DNA of 64,000 nt, taken from the IMG/VR virus record IMGVR_UViG_3300044266_000273, positions 1 through 64,000 of that record. The stretch is one strand, 5' to 3'. Of the stretch, positions 12,095 through 25,852 are shown piece by piece. The notes beneath the pieces were generated by a model. It was not told the origin of the DNA. It saw nothing but the letters and a program-made list of their open reading frames with translations, and did not search any database. The translations under genes were made by a program, and so were the position numbers. This stretch comes from a virus. Its lineage: Duplodnaviria > Caudoviricetes. Every line of letters starts with the position of its first letter. The stretch's first letter is position 1.

Positions 12095-12978
12095 ATGCCA
12101 ATTTCACCTTACTTTAATAATTACGGTTCATTTGCCGAGCAACGGGTTGTAGAAGACCTGATTGTTGAGTCTATCAAAATCATGGGTTTTGATGCGTACT
12201 ATTTGCCCATTGAAAATGAAGAAGACCGTGATATATTGTTTGGTGAAGATCCAGTGAAGAAATTTAATTCGGCCTTCCCAGTGGAATTCTATTTGTCTAG
12301 TGCATTAGAATACATGGGTGAGAAAGAATTCTTCTCCAAGTTTGGATTGGAAATTAAAAATAATGTTACCGTTATTATTTCTAAACGTTCTTTTGCACAA
12401 CGAGTACCACGTAACACATTCACCAGACCACGAGAAGGCGATTTGATTTATGTTCCTTTCTTAAATGGTACAGGTGAAATTTACGAAATTAAATTCACCA
12501 ACCACACAAAAGATTTCTTTACTTTAGGTCGCAAGATACCTTATTTCTATGAATTAGAACTAGAGAAATTCAAATACTCCAATGAAAAAATTGAAACTGG
12601 TATTGATGTTATAGATGATGTTGTTACGCAGTCCAGTTATACGATAGAGTTGAATTTGCATAATGGAAATTCAAGAGACTACACACAAAAAGAAATCGTA
12701 TATCAATCACCAGATTCCACAGAAGCCAACGCTACTGCATTAGCAATCGTACAATCTTGGGATGCACCATCAAATACATTAAGTATTACAAATATTTCTG
12801 GAGAATTCACTGATAATATTGTTATCATTGGTGAAACAAGCAATGCCAGATATGAGTTGGTCGATTATGATCCATTAAAAGACAGCACCAGAAATGAGGC
12901 CTACGATAATCACTATATTGATAATGCAGCCAACAATATTATTGTTACCACAGAAATCAACGCATTCGGAAAACTGTA

Positions 12979-12979
<1 letters not shown>
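12095..12979 (+). CDS. gp14: Neck protein gp14
   Basis: ESIKIMGFDAYYLP, FFSKFGLEI, RPREGDLIY; synteny. Confidence 0.9.
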
Positions 12980-15667
<2,688 letters not shown>

Positions 15668-15668
<1 letters not shown>

Positions 15669-16420
15669 TGAGTGGTGTAATGCAGGCCACATTTTGGTGG
15701 CAGTACGCCTCACCTAGCACACTACCTGCTTTGCAAGTTTGGTATGATGCCAGTGATGGTAAAAGTTTTAATAAATCGTCTTCGGCACAAGCAAACAATA
15801 CAGCGGTAACCTCATGGCAAAATGCTGGTGGGTTAACATCGCATGACCTTAACTCTACAGGTGGGCATAGGCCCACATTTATTACTCCAGGAAAAAATAA
15901 TTTAGGTGTCGTAAGATTTTCACCAGCTGCCACATCAGAATTGACAATTAATCCAATTTCTTACATGCAAGGTTTAAGTGCCGTAACAATGGCAATCGTT
16001 TTTAAATCGTCTAACACCGCATCAGGAACAAGAGTTGTAACCTCAACCAATTCAAACGGATTTAGATGGGGTCAAAACGGAACACAATGGATTGGTGGTT
16101 TTGCCGGTGCAACATTCACAGTTGATACTGTGACAGCAGATACAAATTGGCACCACATCATTTTAAAATTTGATGGATCAAAATCCAACAATTCAACAAA
16201 ATTGAATGCGAGATTGGATTCATCCGATTTAACACTAACGTACACAGGAACAGTTGCAAATTTTACATCAAACACTGCTTCAACATTTTATGCTGGGTTT
16301 GATGCAAACAATAATTATTTTCATGGTGATATCGGTGAAATATTATTTTGGACAAGTGCATTAAATCCAGGACAAATTGCTGCGGTTGAAAACTATATAA
16401 CTACTAAATGGAACATATGA
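15668..16420 (+). CDS. LamG/concanavalin-like domain virion protein
   Basis: LQVWYDASD, WHHIILKFDG, FHGDIGEILFWTSAL..ENYITTKW. Confidence 0.7.
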
Positions 16421-16830
16421 ACACGTTTGATAAAAATATGGAAAAAATATTTGATGTAACTCCAGTGGAAACTACACCAAACCCTTTGGTGCCCGTTGAA
16501 GAAAAGATTGTCAATGCGGACCTTAAGCAAGACCTTGAGGACGCATATCAACAAACCAAAGACAACCTGCAAGACCTGATTGACCAGGGCAAGGATGCCA
16601 TGGAAGAAATACTTCAGATTGCAAAAGCTGGCCAACATCCTAGAGCCTTCGAAGTGTACGGTACACTACTTAAAAATGTGGTGGATGCCAACAAAGAACT
16701 TCTGGCTGTACAAAAACAAATGCGTGATATGAACAAATCGTCCAAAAAAGATGGTGAAACTAAAATTGACAAAGCTATTTTTGTCGGTTCTACCGCAGAA
16801 TTAAGTAAACTCATCAAAGGTAAAGAATGA
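16417..16830 (+). CDS. gp16: Terminase small subunit gp16
   Basis: QHPRAFEV and FVGSTAEL motifs; precedes gp17. Confidence 0.88.
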   Translation: MNTFDKNMEKIFDVTPVETTPNPLVPVEEKIVNADLKQDLEDAYQQTKDNLQDLIDQGKDAMEEILQIAKAGQHPRAFEVYGTLLKNVVDANKELLAVQKQMRDMNKSSKKDGETKIDKAIFVGSTAELSKLIKGKE

Positions 16831-18530
16831 GTGTAGATATTGATGACTATGATTTAAATGCGAAAGACACGTACCGTGACAATCCTCTTCTTAAAAAAGC
16901 AGGCGTCAAGGTAGAGTATACGCAGGAACAAGTTGATGAGTACATTAAATGCGCCAAAGATCCTGTTTACTTTGCAGAAAATTACGTGACGATTGTTAAC
17001 GTTGACGTAGGTTTGATGAAGTTCAAGATGTGGGACTTCCAAAAGAAGATGATTCAGACCTATCACGAAAATCGTTTTTCAATCACCAAATGCCCACGAC
17101 AGGTCGGTAAAACAACAACTTCAGTTGCATATCTTCTTTGGTTGACATTGTTCACTGACACACAAAACGTTGCCGTTCTGGCTAACAAAGGTTCTCTGGC
17201 CAGAGATATTTTAGGGAAATACCAGTTAGCTTATGAAAATTTACCTATGTGGTTGCAACAAGGTGTTGTAGTATGGAACAAAGGTAACGTAGAACTGGAA
17301 AATGGATCAAAGATTATTGCAGCGTCCACATCAAGTTCTGCAATTCGTGGTGGTGCGTTCAACCTAGTATTCTTGGACGAATTCGCATTCGTTCCAAATA
17401 ATATTGCTGAAGAGTTCTTCAACTCAGTATACCCTGTAATTTCATCAGGTAAAACGACAAAAATCATTATTGTTTCCACTCCGAACGGTATGAATCTGTT
17501 CTATAAGTTATGGATGGATGCAATCAATAAGAAAAACAACTATAAAACTTTTGAGATTCATTGGTCTATGGTGCCGGGGCGTGATGAGGCCTGGAAAGAA
17601 GAGACGATTCGCAATACATCTGAACGTCAGTTCCGCCAGGAGTTTGAAACCGAATTCTTAGGATCGTCGAATACATTGATTTCAGGTTACAAATTGCAAC
17701 AACTTGTGTACTCGGATCCAATTGTCACTCACGACATGATGAAAATTTATGAACATCCTGTCAAAGAAACTGAAGGGCATCCAAAAGACCATCTGTATTG
17801 TATCACAGTTGATGTGTCTGAAGGTAAAAATATGGACTGTTCTGCGTTCTCGATAGTTGATATATCACAAACTCCATATAAACAGGTAGCAACATATCAA
17901 AGTTCTACAATATCACCCATTCTTTTTCCTACGGTCATCTACAATGCTGCCAGAATGTACAACGATGCATATGTATTGATTGAAATCAATAACAATCCAC
18001 AGGTAGCAGACTCATTACATTCTGATTTTGAATATGAAAATCTGTGGAAAATATATACTGGTAACAAACAACCACAACAATTATCAGCTGGTTTTGCGCG
18101 TGGTATACAAATGGGACTGAAAATGTCACCACAAGTCAAGGCTATTGGCTGTTCCAACCTTAAAACTTTGATTGAAGGTGACAAGTTAATAGTACAAGAC
18201 TTTGAAACCTATTCTGAATTAACCACTTTTGAACAACAAAAGAATTCTTTCAAGGCAGCCGAAGGCGCCAATGACGATTTGGTAATGACACTTGTGATAT
18301 TTTCATGGGTTTCAACACAAAAATATTTTAGGGAAATTGTAAATCACGACATTCGCAAACAAATTCAATTGGAAAAAATGAACCAAGTGGATGAAGAAGT
18401 CTTGCCAGCACCAATTATTGAAGACGGTATGCAACATGACTTTGAAATTATGGGTGGAGATGTTTGGGAAGTTGCAAATGGCGGTGAAACTTATGCCAGT
18501 TTTGTGAGAAACATGGTTGATAGGTTGTAA
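16827..18530 (+). CDS. gp17: Terminase large subunit gp17
   Basis: PRQVGKTT Walker A, LDEFAF Walker B, STPNG, DVSEG, DDLVM. Confidence 0.97.
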   Translation: MSVDIDDYDLNAKDTYRDNPLLKKAGVKVEYTQEQVDEYIKCAKDPVYFAENYVTIVNVDVGLMKFKMWDFQKKMIQTYHENRFSITKCPRQVGKTTTSVAYLLWLTLFTDTQNVAVLANKGSLARDILGKYQLAYENLPMWLQQGVVVWNKGNVELENGSKIIAASTSSSAIRGGAFNLVFLDEFAFVPNNIAEEFFNSVYPVISSGKTTKIIIVSTPNGMNLFYKLWMDAINKKNNYKTFEIHWSMVPGRDEAWKEETIRNTSERQFRQEFETEFLGSSNTLISGYKLQQLVYSDPIVTHDMMKIYEHPVKETEGHPKDHLYCITVDVSEGKNMDCSAFSIVDISQTPYKQVATYQSSTISPILFPTVIYNAARMYNDAYVLIEINNNPQVADSLHSDFEYENLWKIYTGNKQPQQLSAGFARGIQMGLKMSPQVKAIGCSNLKTLIEGDKLIVQDFETYSELTTFEQQKNSFKAAEGANDDLVMTLVIFSWVSTQKYFREIVNHDIRKQIQLEKMNQVDEEVLPAPIIEDGMQHDFEIMGGDVWEVANGGETYASFVRNMVDRL

Positions 18531-18604
18531 ATACAGCGATTCATAAATAGATAATATGGTATTCTAACTGCCAGTAGAACACATAATATTCAAGGAGAAA
18601 AAAA

Positions 18605-20314
18605 ATGGCATTTCAAATCTCTCCAGGCGTAAACGTATCTGAAGTTGACCTGACAACTGTTGTACCTTCAGTTCTAACAACCGCCGGTGCATTTGCTGGA
18701 ACATTCCAATGGGGTCCAGCCAATAAAATTAAACTGATTGACAGCGAAATAACTCTTGTTAAGACTTTTTCGAAACCAACGACAGATTCAGCAGTATCAT
18801 TTTTTACTGCTGCTAACTTCTTGGCTTATGGTAACAATTTAAGTGTCGTTCGTGCTGTTGGTGCAACATCCAAAAATGCGGATGCTAATAATACCACAAC
18901 AAACGTTCAAGTTGCAAATGAAGATTCATTTGAAGCCGGATATTTAATGAACAACAACAGTAATAATTATGGTCCTTTCATGGCCAAATATCCCGGAGCG
19001 TTAGGAAACTCCTTGAAGGTAGAAATTTTCGATAGTTCCAATACAACATTATTCAATGCTTGGACAGATTATAAGAAATATTTCACATCAACTCCAGGAA
19101 CATCAAGCTTTGCAAGTTCTGTTGGTGGTTCAAATGATGAGTTTCACATTGTTGTTGTTGATGAAGACGGTTTATTTACCGGTGTGAGTGGCCAAGTTCT
19201 AGAAACTTTCCCATTCGTATCTAAAGCTTCCGATGCTTCAATAAATGGTGCTTCGAATTATTACAAACAAGTTTTGTTTAATAATTCCAAATACATTTAT
19301 GCGGCCGATCCAGCAGATTATGCAAATACCTCAGCCACATGGGGTTCTACCGCAGCTGGAACATCTTTTGCAAGAATCGTTTCCGCAACAGGTAAACTAT
19401 CAGTTTCACTTTCTGGTGGTACAGATGTTGTTCCTACCGATGGAAACTTGCAATCAGCTTACGATTTGTTTGCAAACAAAGAAACAGTAGACATTTCATT
19501 GGTGTTAACTGGAGACGCCAGCACAACAGTTCAACAATATGTTATCACAAACGTTGTTGAAAGCCGTGCAGACTGCGTAGGTTTCGTTTCGCCAGCTAAA
19601 TCTGATGTGGTTAATACCGCAGGAAACGAATTAACGAATATTCAAACATGGGCCGGAACTTTAAATCCATCTTCTTATGTTGTTGCCGATTCCGGATGGA
19701 AATATCAACTAGACAAATATAATAATGTCTATCGTTGGATTCCATTGAACGGTGATATTGCTGGTCTTTGTGTATACACAGATTCTGTAACCGATGCATG
19801 GTATTCTCCTGCTGGTTTCAATCGTGGCCAAATTAAAAACTGCATCAAGTTAGCATGGAATCCAAGCAGTACATATCGTGACAGCATGTATTCCATAGGT
19901 GTTAATTCTGTTGTTAGTTTCCCAGGTCGTGGTACAGTATTGTTTGGTGATAAAACATTACAGAAAAAACCATCTGCTTTTGATAGAATTAACGTTCGTA
20001 GATTATTCATCGTTCTGGAAAAAGCCATTTCTAGAGCAGCACAATATTCATTGTTTGAAATGAATGATGAATTTACGCGAGCACAGTTTGTATCGTTGAT
20101 AACACCATTCTTGCGTGACATTAAAGGTCGTCGTGGCATTACCGATTTTAAGGTAGTATGCGATACAACCAATAACACATCACAAGTTATTGATAGCAAC
20201 CAATTTGTTGGTGATATCTATATTAAACCTGCTCGTTCTATTAATTACATTCAACTGAACTTCGTTGCTGTTGGAACAGGTGTTGACTTCACCACAGTTG
20301 TTGGTGCGGCCTAA
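18605..20314 (+). CDS. gp18: Tail sheath protein gp18
   Basis: SPGVNVSEVDLT, FQWGP, WYSPAGFNRG, FDRINVRRLF. Confidence 0.97.
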   Translation: MAFQISPGVNVSEVDLTTVVPSVLTTAGAFAGTFQWGPANKIKLIDSEITLVKTFSKPTTDSAVSFFTAANFLAYGNNLSVVRAVGATSKNADANNTTTNVQVANEDSFEAGYLMNNNSNNYGPFMAKYPGALGNSLKVEIFDSSNTTLFNAWTDYKKYFTSTPGTSSFASSVGGSNDEFHIVVVDEDGLFTGVSGQVLETFPFVSKASDASINGASNYYKQVLFNNSKYIYAADPADYANTSATWGSTAAGTSFARIVSATGKLSVSLSGGTDVVPTDGNLQSAYDLFANKETVDISLVLTGDASTTVQQYVITNVVESRADCVGFVSPAKSDVVNTAGNELTNIQTWAGTLNPSSYVVADSGWKYQLDKYNNVYRWIPLNGDIAGLCVYTDSVTDAWYSPAGFNRGQIKNCIKLAWNPSSTYRDSMYSIGVNSVVSFPGRGTVLFGDKTLQKKPSAFDRINVRRLFIVLEKAISRAAQYSLFEMNDEFTRAQFVSLITPFLRDIKGRRGITDFKVVCDTTNNTSQVIDSNQFVGDIYIKPARSINYIQLNFVAVGTGVDFTTVVGAA

Positions 20315-20342
20315 TAAATAAAACGAATAATAGGAGAAAATA

Positions 20343-20885
20343 ATGGCATTCAACGTAGCAGAATTTAGAGCAAATATGGTTGGTGACGGAGCCCGTGCCA
20401 ATCTATTTGAAATCACGATGGCTTTTCCAAACTTTGCAGGTGATAGCACACAAGCTTCCCGTCAAATTCGTTTTATGGCCAAAGCTGCACAACTACCAGG
20501 TTCAACAATTGGAACTGCGCCTTTATATTATTTCGGCCGTGAATTAAAATTTGCAGGCAATAGAACTTTCCCTGATTGGACAATTACAGTCATCAATGAC
20601 GAAGATTTCCTAATCAGAAATTCTTTTGAATCTTGGTTAAATAACATCAACAGCCATGCAGGAAACAAAAGAAACGGGGCAGCTGAAAACAGTTCTGTAT
20701 ATTCAGCCGATGCTTCTGTTGTGCAATACACCAAAGTTGGTGAAATTACAAAACGTTACAGATTTGTTGGTATGTTTCCAGTAGATGTTGCTCCAATTGA
20801 TTTGGATTGGGGCACAAATGATTCTATTGAAGAATTTGCTGTGACCTTTGCCTATCAATGGTGGGAATCAGATACAACTTCTTGA
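20343..20885 (+). CDS. gp19: Tail tube protein gp19
   Basis: GARANLF, AAQLPGS, AGNRTFPDWTITVINDEDF, IEEFAVTF. Confidence 0.95.
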   Translation: MAFNVAEFRANMVGDGARANLFEITMAFPNFAGDSTQASRQIRFMAKAAQLPGSTIGTAPLYYFGRELKFAGNRTFPDWTITVINDEDFLIRNSFESWLNNINSHAGNKRNGAAENSSVYSADASVVQYTKVGEITKRYRFVGMFPVDVAPIDLDWGTNDSIEEFAVTFAYQWWESDTTS

Positions 20886-20895
20886 TTTTAGATAC

Positions 20896-20925
20896 GGAGG
20901 GCTTCGGCCCTCCTATGTTTTTTTT
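20896..20925 (+). terminator. Rho-independent terminator
   Basis: GGAGGGC-TTCG-GCCCTCC then T-run. Confidence 0.85.
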
Positions 20926-20951
20926 GATTTTATTATAACTTACTAAGAAAT

Positions 20952-22592
20952 ATGGCAGCACTCAATAAATTTTCTCTTTTCGGTTTCACGATTTCTCGTG
21001 ATAAAAACGAGGAGGAGCAGGCTGGTCAACAGTCATTCACACCGCCTTCAAATGAAGATGGTGCGTTAACTATTACCTCGGCGGCCTACTATGGTACATA
21101 TGTTGACCTAGATGGCACAGCCAAAAATGAAGTAGAACTTATTTCCCGTTATCGTGAAATGGCTATGCAGCCAGAAATTGAATCCGCGATTGATGATATT
21201 GTCAACGAAGCAATTTGCCAAGACGATGATGGCCAAATTATCAACGTTGTTTTGGATAAACTAAAACAACCAGAAAAAATTAAAAATGCCATTAAGACAG
21301 AGTTTCAAACCATTTTGCGTTTGATGAACTACAATAATATGGCACAAGATATCTTCCGTAGGTTCTATGTGGATGGTAGAATCTATTATCATGCGATTAT
21401 TGATAGAGAAAACCCCACAGAAGGTATCAAAGAATTACGTTACATAGATCCACGTAAACTGCGTAAGGTGCGTGAGGTCAAAAAACAAAAAGATGAAAGA
21501 ACCGGCGCAGATGTGGCCAATGTTATAAATGAATACTACATCTATAACGATAAGGTTGTCACCGGTTCATCTTCCAATTATGGTCCAGTTGGAGTTAGAA
21601 TCACCACAGATTCTATTGTCTCCATCGTTTCTGGCCTGATGGATTCACGTAGAGCAGTCGTTCTGAGTTATTTGCACAAAGCTATTAAACCACTCAATCA
21701 ATTACGTATGATTGAAGATGCAACGGTCATTTACCGTATTTCACGTGCACCGGAACGCCGTATCTTTTATATTGACGTAGGCAATCTACCTAAATTAAAG
21801 GCAGAACAATACCTACGTGACATTATGGTGAAATACAAGAACAAACTGGTGTACGATGCAAACACTGGTGAAGTACGTGATGACCGTAAGTTCCTATCTA
21901 TGATGGAAGACTTTTGGTTGCCACGTAGAGAAGGCGGCAAGGGCACAGAAATTACTACACTGCCCGGTGGACAAAACCTTGGTGAATTAGAAGACGTTAA
22001 ATATTTCGAAAAGAAACTTTATAAATCCTTAAATGTACCAATCTCAAGACTAGAACCGAACCAAGGGTTCTCCATCGGGCGTGTTGCTGAAGTCACACGT
22101 GACGAATTAAAATTTACAAAATTCGTAGAAAGACTTCGCAACAAATTTGCAGAATTGTTTGACCAAGCTCTTCGTGTACAATGTGTACTGAAAGGTATCT
22201 GTACAGACGAAGAGTGGAAACAATTTAAAGAATTCATTTACTATGATTTTATCAAAGACAACAACTTCTCCGAACTCAAAGATGCCGAGTTGATGAAGGA
22301 ACGTTTGACTTTGTTGGGTGCGGTCGATCCATACACAGGCAGATACTTCTCTCAGGCCTGGATTCAAAGAAACGTTCTTCGTTTGACTGATGATGAAATC
22401 AAAGAAATGCAATCAGAAATGGACGAAGAAAAAGAAATGGGTCTTGGATTACCAGTTGGTGTAACGAACGATGTTGCACAAGCCCAAATGATGGCTTCAG
22501 TACCACAACAACCACAGAATCCAATGGACCAAGAATCTGACCAAAAAAATGAAGAAGATAATACGTTTGCACGTTTGAAGCGTATACTATAA
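20952..22592 (+). CDS. gp20: Portal protein gp20
   Basis: YRISRAPERRIFYIDVGNLPK, EDFWLPRREGGKGTEITTLPGG. Confidence 0.97.
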   Translation: MAALNKFSLFGFTISRDKNEEEQAGQQSFTPPSNEDGALTITSAAYYGTYVDLDGTAKNEVELISRYREMAMQPEIESAIDDIVNEAICQDDDGQIINVVLDKLKQPEKIKNAIKTEFQTILRLMNYNNMAQDIFRRFYVDGRIYYHAIIDRENPTEGIKELRYIDPRKLRKVREVKKQKDERTGADVANVINEYYIYNDKVVTGSSSNYGPVGVRITTDSIVSIVSGLMDSRRAVVLSYLHKAIKPLNQLRMIEDATVIYRISRAPERRIFYIDVGNLPKLKAEQYLRDIMVKYKNKLVYDANTGEVRDDRKFLSMMEDFWLPRREGGKGTEITTLPGGQNLGELEDVKYFEKKLYKSLNVPISRLEPNQGFSIGRVAEVTRDELKFTKFVERLRNKFAELFDQALRVQCVLKGICTDEEWKQFKEFIYYDFIKDNNFSELKDAELMKERLTLLGAVDPYTGRYFSQAWIQRNVLRLTDDEIKEMQSEMDEEKEMGLGLPVGVTNDVAQAQMMASVPQQPQNPMDQESDQKNEEDNTFARLKRIL

Positions 22593-22595
22593 ATA
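22588..22595 (+). promoter_or_regulatory. T4-type late promoter TATAAATA
   Basis: Exact consensus overlapping gp20 stop. Confidence 0.7.
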
Positions 22596-22602
22596 ATTTT
22601 AT

Positions 22603-22803
22603 ATGGAGAAAATGATGACAGATAAAACAAGAGCAATCGTAGATTATGCGTATGAAGATAATGGTAAAGAGATGCGTGATGCTCTTTATTCGGCCATTCA
22701 TGATAAAGTGATGGCGCATATTGAAACACACAAACAACAAATCGCACAGAATTTAATTGTTCCACAAACTCAAGATGCTGGAGTAGAGGTTGAAAACTCT
22801 TAA
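22603..22803 (+). CDS. Prohead core protein (gp67-like by position)
   Basis: Small helical ORF directly after portal. Confidence 0.5.
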   Translation: MEKMMTDKTRAIVDYAYEDNGKEMRDALYSAIHDKVMAHIETHKQQIAQNLIVPQTQDAGVEVENS

Positions 22804-23329
22804 AGAATTCGTTCAATCACAGAAGGTAGAAGAACCTCTACAGGAAGAAAAGTCTGTAGAGATAGAGTATTTGGAAGCACAAGAAGGTACAAATCTACTT
22901 GAATTGACAGCGATGAGTTCTGATGTTTCCAAAAAAGATCCGCCAGCTGTATTGGTAATGAAACGTAAAGCAATACGTATGTTTCCAAATGGTGAAAGAA
23001 TTGCTTTATATTATATTGATAAACTCAATAAATATGTTACGGTACCATATAGTGTTACCGATGACGATAGAGGTTTCAAAGAAGAATATATTGAAGAAAG
23101 TATTATTCATCATTTAAATGATATAGTGACAAATCATACTGCTAAGCCAATTAAATTTAAAGACGGAAAAACCATGAAGGTTGATGTACAAACGGCTAAT
23201 GTGGTATTGAATGTACATAAAGCTTTGAATGATGAGAACAAGAAAAAAGTTGCAGATATGGCTCACAAAAGCAAAGAACATTTCTCCAGAGTTGTTGACT
23301 TTGCGTGGAAACATTCAAAGTTTAAATAA
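22790..23329 (+). CDS. Hypothetical head-module protein
   Basis: Between gp20 and gp21; Glu-rich N-terminus. Confidence 0.5.
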   Translation: MKTLKEFVQSQKVEEPLQEEKSVEIEYLEAQEGTNLLELTAMSSDVSKKDPPAVLVMKRKAIRMFPNGERIALYYIDKLNKYVTVPYSVTDDDRGFKEEYIEESIIHHLNDIVTNHTAKPIKFKDGKTMKVDVQTANVVLNVHKALNDENKKKVADMAHKSKEHFSRVVDFAWKHSKFK

Positions 23330-23344
23330 AAATAGGAAACAAAA

Positions 23345-23866
23345 ATGTCAAACGTTTTCACATACCAAACAATTAAAGATACCACAGAACATGTTGTTAT
23401 TAAATTAACAGCATCTTTTGATGGTTCAGGACAAGAATCTAATGCCGTAAGAATTGCAGCCAACACACTATATGGTGCGTTAGATTCCTCTAAGGCCAAC
23501 TTGTTATCATCAACTGCCAATACTGGGCCATTGTCATATTACGGACTTTCGCTACATCGTCTATGGTATGATTGTGCAGCTGGTGGTGATGTCCAATTAT
23601 ATTGGAACGCCGCATCACCAAAACCACTGATAATCATGAATGGAAATGGAGAGTATGACGGTGCTGGAAACTGGACAACCATTCCAAATAACACACAAGG
23701 AGCATCTGGTAGCGTAGGTGATATTGGTATTGTTACAAGAGGTATGGCTGCAAATGACAGTTACACAATCGTTTTAGAGTTGCGTAAAGACAATGCACAC
23801 TATCAACGTGGTCAGTTTAATGATCCTGCTGCATTCAACTACACACCTTACGGGCTGACACCATAA
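23345..23866 (+). CDS. Hypothetical virion structural protein
   Basis: ORF with AGGA RBS between gp20 and gp21. Confidence 0.55.
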   Translation: MSNVFTYQTIKDTTEHVVIKLTASFDGSGQESNAVRIAANTLYGALDSSKANLLSSTANTGPLSYYGLSLHRLWYDCAAGGDVQLYWNAASPKPLIIMNGNGEYDGAGNWTTIPNNTQGASGSVGDIGIVTRGMAANDSYTIVLELRKDNAHYQRGQFNDPAAFNYTPYGLTP

Positions 23867-23881
23867 TCAGAAAGGCAACCG

Positions 23882-24526
23882 ATGAAACTCATTAAAGAAA
23901 TAACAGAGTCGGTCACCTATTTGACCGAAGAAAAAGACGGAAAGAAATTTCTTTATATTGAAGGACCTTTCCTGGTATCAGAAAAAGTTAATCGTAACGG
24001 CCGCATGTACAAAGAAGAAATCATGCACAAAGAAGTTGGTCGTTATACTGAAGAATATATTTCCAAAAATCGTGCCTTTGGTGAGCTGGGTCATCCAGAC
24101 ACTCCATCTATTAATCTTGACCGTGTATCACATTTAATTGTTGGTCTACGTAAAGAAGGTAGTACATGGGTAGGCAAAGCAAAAATTCTTGAAACGCCTA
24201 TGGGCAATATTGCAAAGAATCTTATTGAAGGTGGCGCACAATTAGGTGTGTCTTCTAGAGGTATGGGTTCTCTGAAAACAATTAACGGCGTCAATATAGT
24301 TCAAGATGATTTCCATCTGGCCACAGCGGCAGATATCGTAGCAGACCCTTCAGCACCTGGCGCTTTCGTACAGGGCATTATGGAAGGTAAAGAATGGATG
24401 ATGGTTGATGGTGTTTGGACTGAAGTTCAATACGAGCAAGCAAAGCAACAAATTCGCCAAGCTTCACGTAAAGAAATTGAACAAGTAAGTTTACGCATCT
24501 TCGAAAACTTCATCAAAAAACTTTAA
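23882..24526 (+). CDS. gp21: Prohead protease gp21
   Basis: GELGHP, GVSSRGMGS, DIVADPSAP. Confidence 0.96.
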   Translation: MKLIKEITESVTYLTEEKDGKKFLYIEGPFLVSEKVNRNGRMYKEEIMHKEVGRYTEEYISKNRAFGELGHPDTPSINLDRVSHLIVGLRKEGSTWVGKAKILETPMGNIAKNLIEGGAQLGVSSRGMGSLKTINGVNIVQDDFHLATAADIVADPSAPGAFVQGIMEGKEWMMVDGVWTEVQYEQAKQQIRQASRKEIEQVSLRIFENFIKKL

Positions 24527-24527
24527 T

Positions 24528-24535
24528 TATAAATA
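24528..24535 (+). promoter_or_regulatory. T4-type late promoter TATAAATA
   Basis: Exact consensus upstream of gp22. Confidence 0.75.
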
Positions 24536-24564
24536 TCCAATATAAAATCAAGGAGATTTTCAAA

Positions 24565-25818
24565 ATGGGAAAATTCAATCTGAGCGAAGCCGCTAAAGAG
24601 ATTCTTTCAGGGAATGTTGCTGCAAAGCACGGCGGCCAAGACAAACCAGCAAAACTACCTGGCGCTGTTGCTTATGGCACTAAAGAAGCCGGTACTGTTG
24701 CTGACCAAGTAGACAAAGAAGATGACGGTAAGCCAGATTACACTAAAGGTACTCCTACCGCTACACCTCCTGGTGCTACACCACCTGTTGGTTCTGAGCC
24801 AGCTAAGCATTTAGATGCTGACAAAGACCAGCAATCTAAAGGTCGCAGTGATTTAGCAAAGACAATGCAAGCTGATGCAAATCAGTACGATGCCATTCGT
24901 GACCGTGTTAAGTCTAAATTGGCTGCTCAAATGTTCCATGCCAATCCAGGCGCTGTTGTTCCTCATGTACCAGAAGAAACAGAAGCTCAAGGCGATCTAG
25001 TCGTTGAAGCTGAAAAGGAAGAAAAAGAAGGTCATGAAGATGCAGCTGCTGATAAGGCAATGATCAAGAAGATGATGAAGAAAGAAAAAATGAAGGAAGA
25101 CATGGACGCTCTTCTTTCTGGTGAAGAACTTTCTGAAGAATTTGTTGCCAAGGCAACCACAATTTTTGAAGCCGCAGTTTCTGCACGTGCTGAAGAAATC
25201 GTAGAAGAAATCGAAGACGAATTGATTCAACAATTCCAAGAGACAGTTGAGTCAATCAAAGAAGACCTTGCTGCTAAGGTTGATGACTACCTGAACTATA
25301 TGGTTCAAGAGTGGGTTAACGAAAATCAATTGGCAATCGAGAAGGGCCTACGTGCTGAGATCGTTGAAGATTTCATCGGTGGTCTGAAGAATCTGTTTGC
25401 CGAACACTACATTGATATTCCCGAAGACAAGGTTGATGTTGTTGAAGAGTTGACAACTAAAGTTGAAGAACTGGAAGCTTCTCTGAATGAGCAAATCCAA
25501 TCAGCTGTAGAGTTGTCAAAACAACTAAACGAACAAAAAAAGAAAGAGGCTATTTACACAGCTTGTGAAGGCCTAACGCAGACTCAAGTAGAAAAAATGA
25601 AATCACTCGCAGAGGGTATGGAATATTCTACTGAAGAAGAATTTGCAGGTAAACTGGAAACAATCAAAGAATCTTATTTCAAGACTCCAGTTAAGACTGC
25701 CGATAGTTCTGCTCTGAACGAGGGAGTTCAAATTGAAGAAGAGCCTAAGAAATCAGTTTCTTCGGATCCTCTGATTGAACAATATGCGAAAACCATTTCT
25801 AAAAGCTTGGTAAAATAA
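24565..25818 (+). CDS. gp22: Prohead scaffold gp22
   Basis: LSEEF..KATTIFEAAV, KVDDYLNY, acidic coiled coil; synteny. Confidence 0.92.
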   Translation: MGKFNLSEAAKEILSGNVAAKHGGQDKPAKLPGAVAYGTKEAGTVADQVDKEDDGKPDYTKGTPTATPPGATPPVGSEPAKHLDADKDQQSKGRSDLAKTMQADANQYDAIRDRVKSKLAAQMFHANPGAVVPHVPEETEAQGDLVVEAEKEEKEGHEDAAADKAMIKKMMKKEKMKEDMDALLSGEELSEEFVAKATTIFEAAVSARAEEIVEEIEDELIQQFQETVESIKEDLAAKVDDYLNYMVQEWVNENQLAIEKGLRAEIVEDFIGGLKNLFAEHYIDIPEDKVDVVEELTTKVEELEASLNEQIQSAVELSKQLNEQKKKEAIYTACEGLTQTQVEKMKSLAEGMEYSTEEEFAGKLETIKESYFKTPVKTADSSALNEGVQIEEEPKKSVSSDPLIEQYAKTISKSLVK

Positions 25819-25852
25819 TTACCAAATAGATACTGATCAAGGAGAAATATAA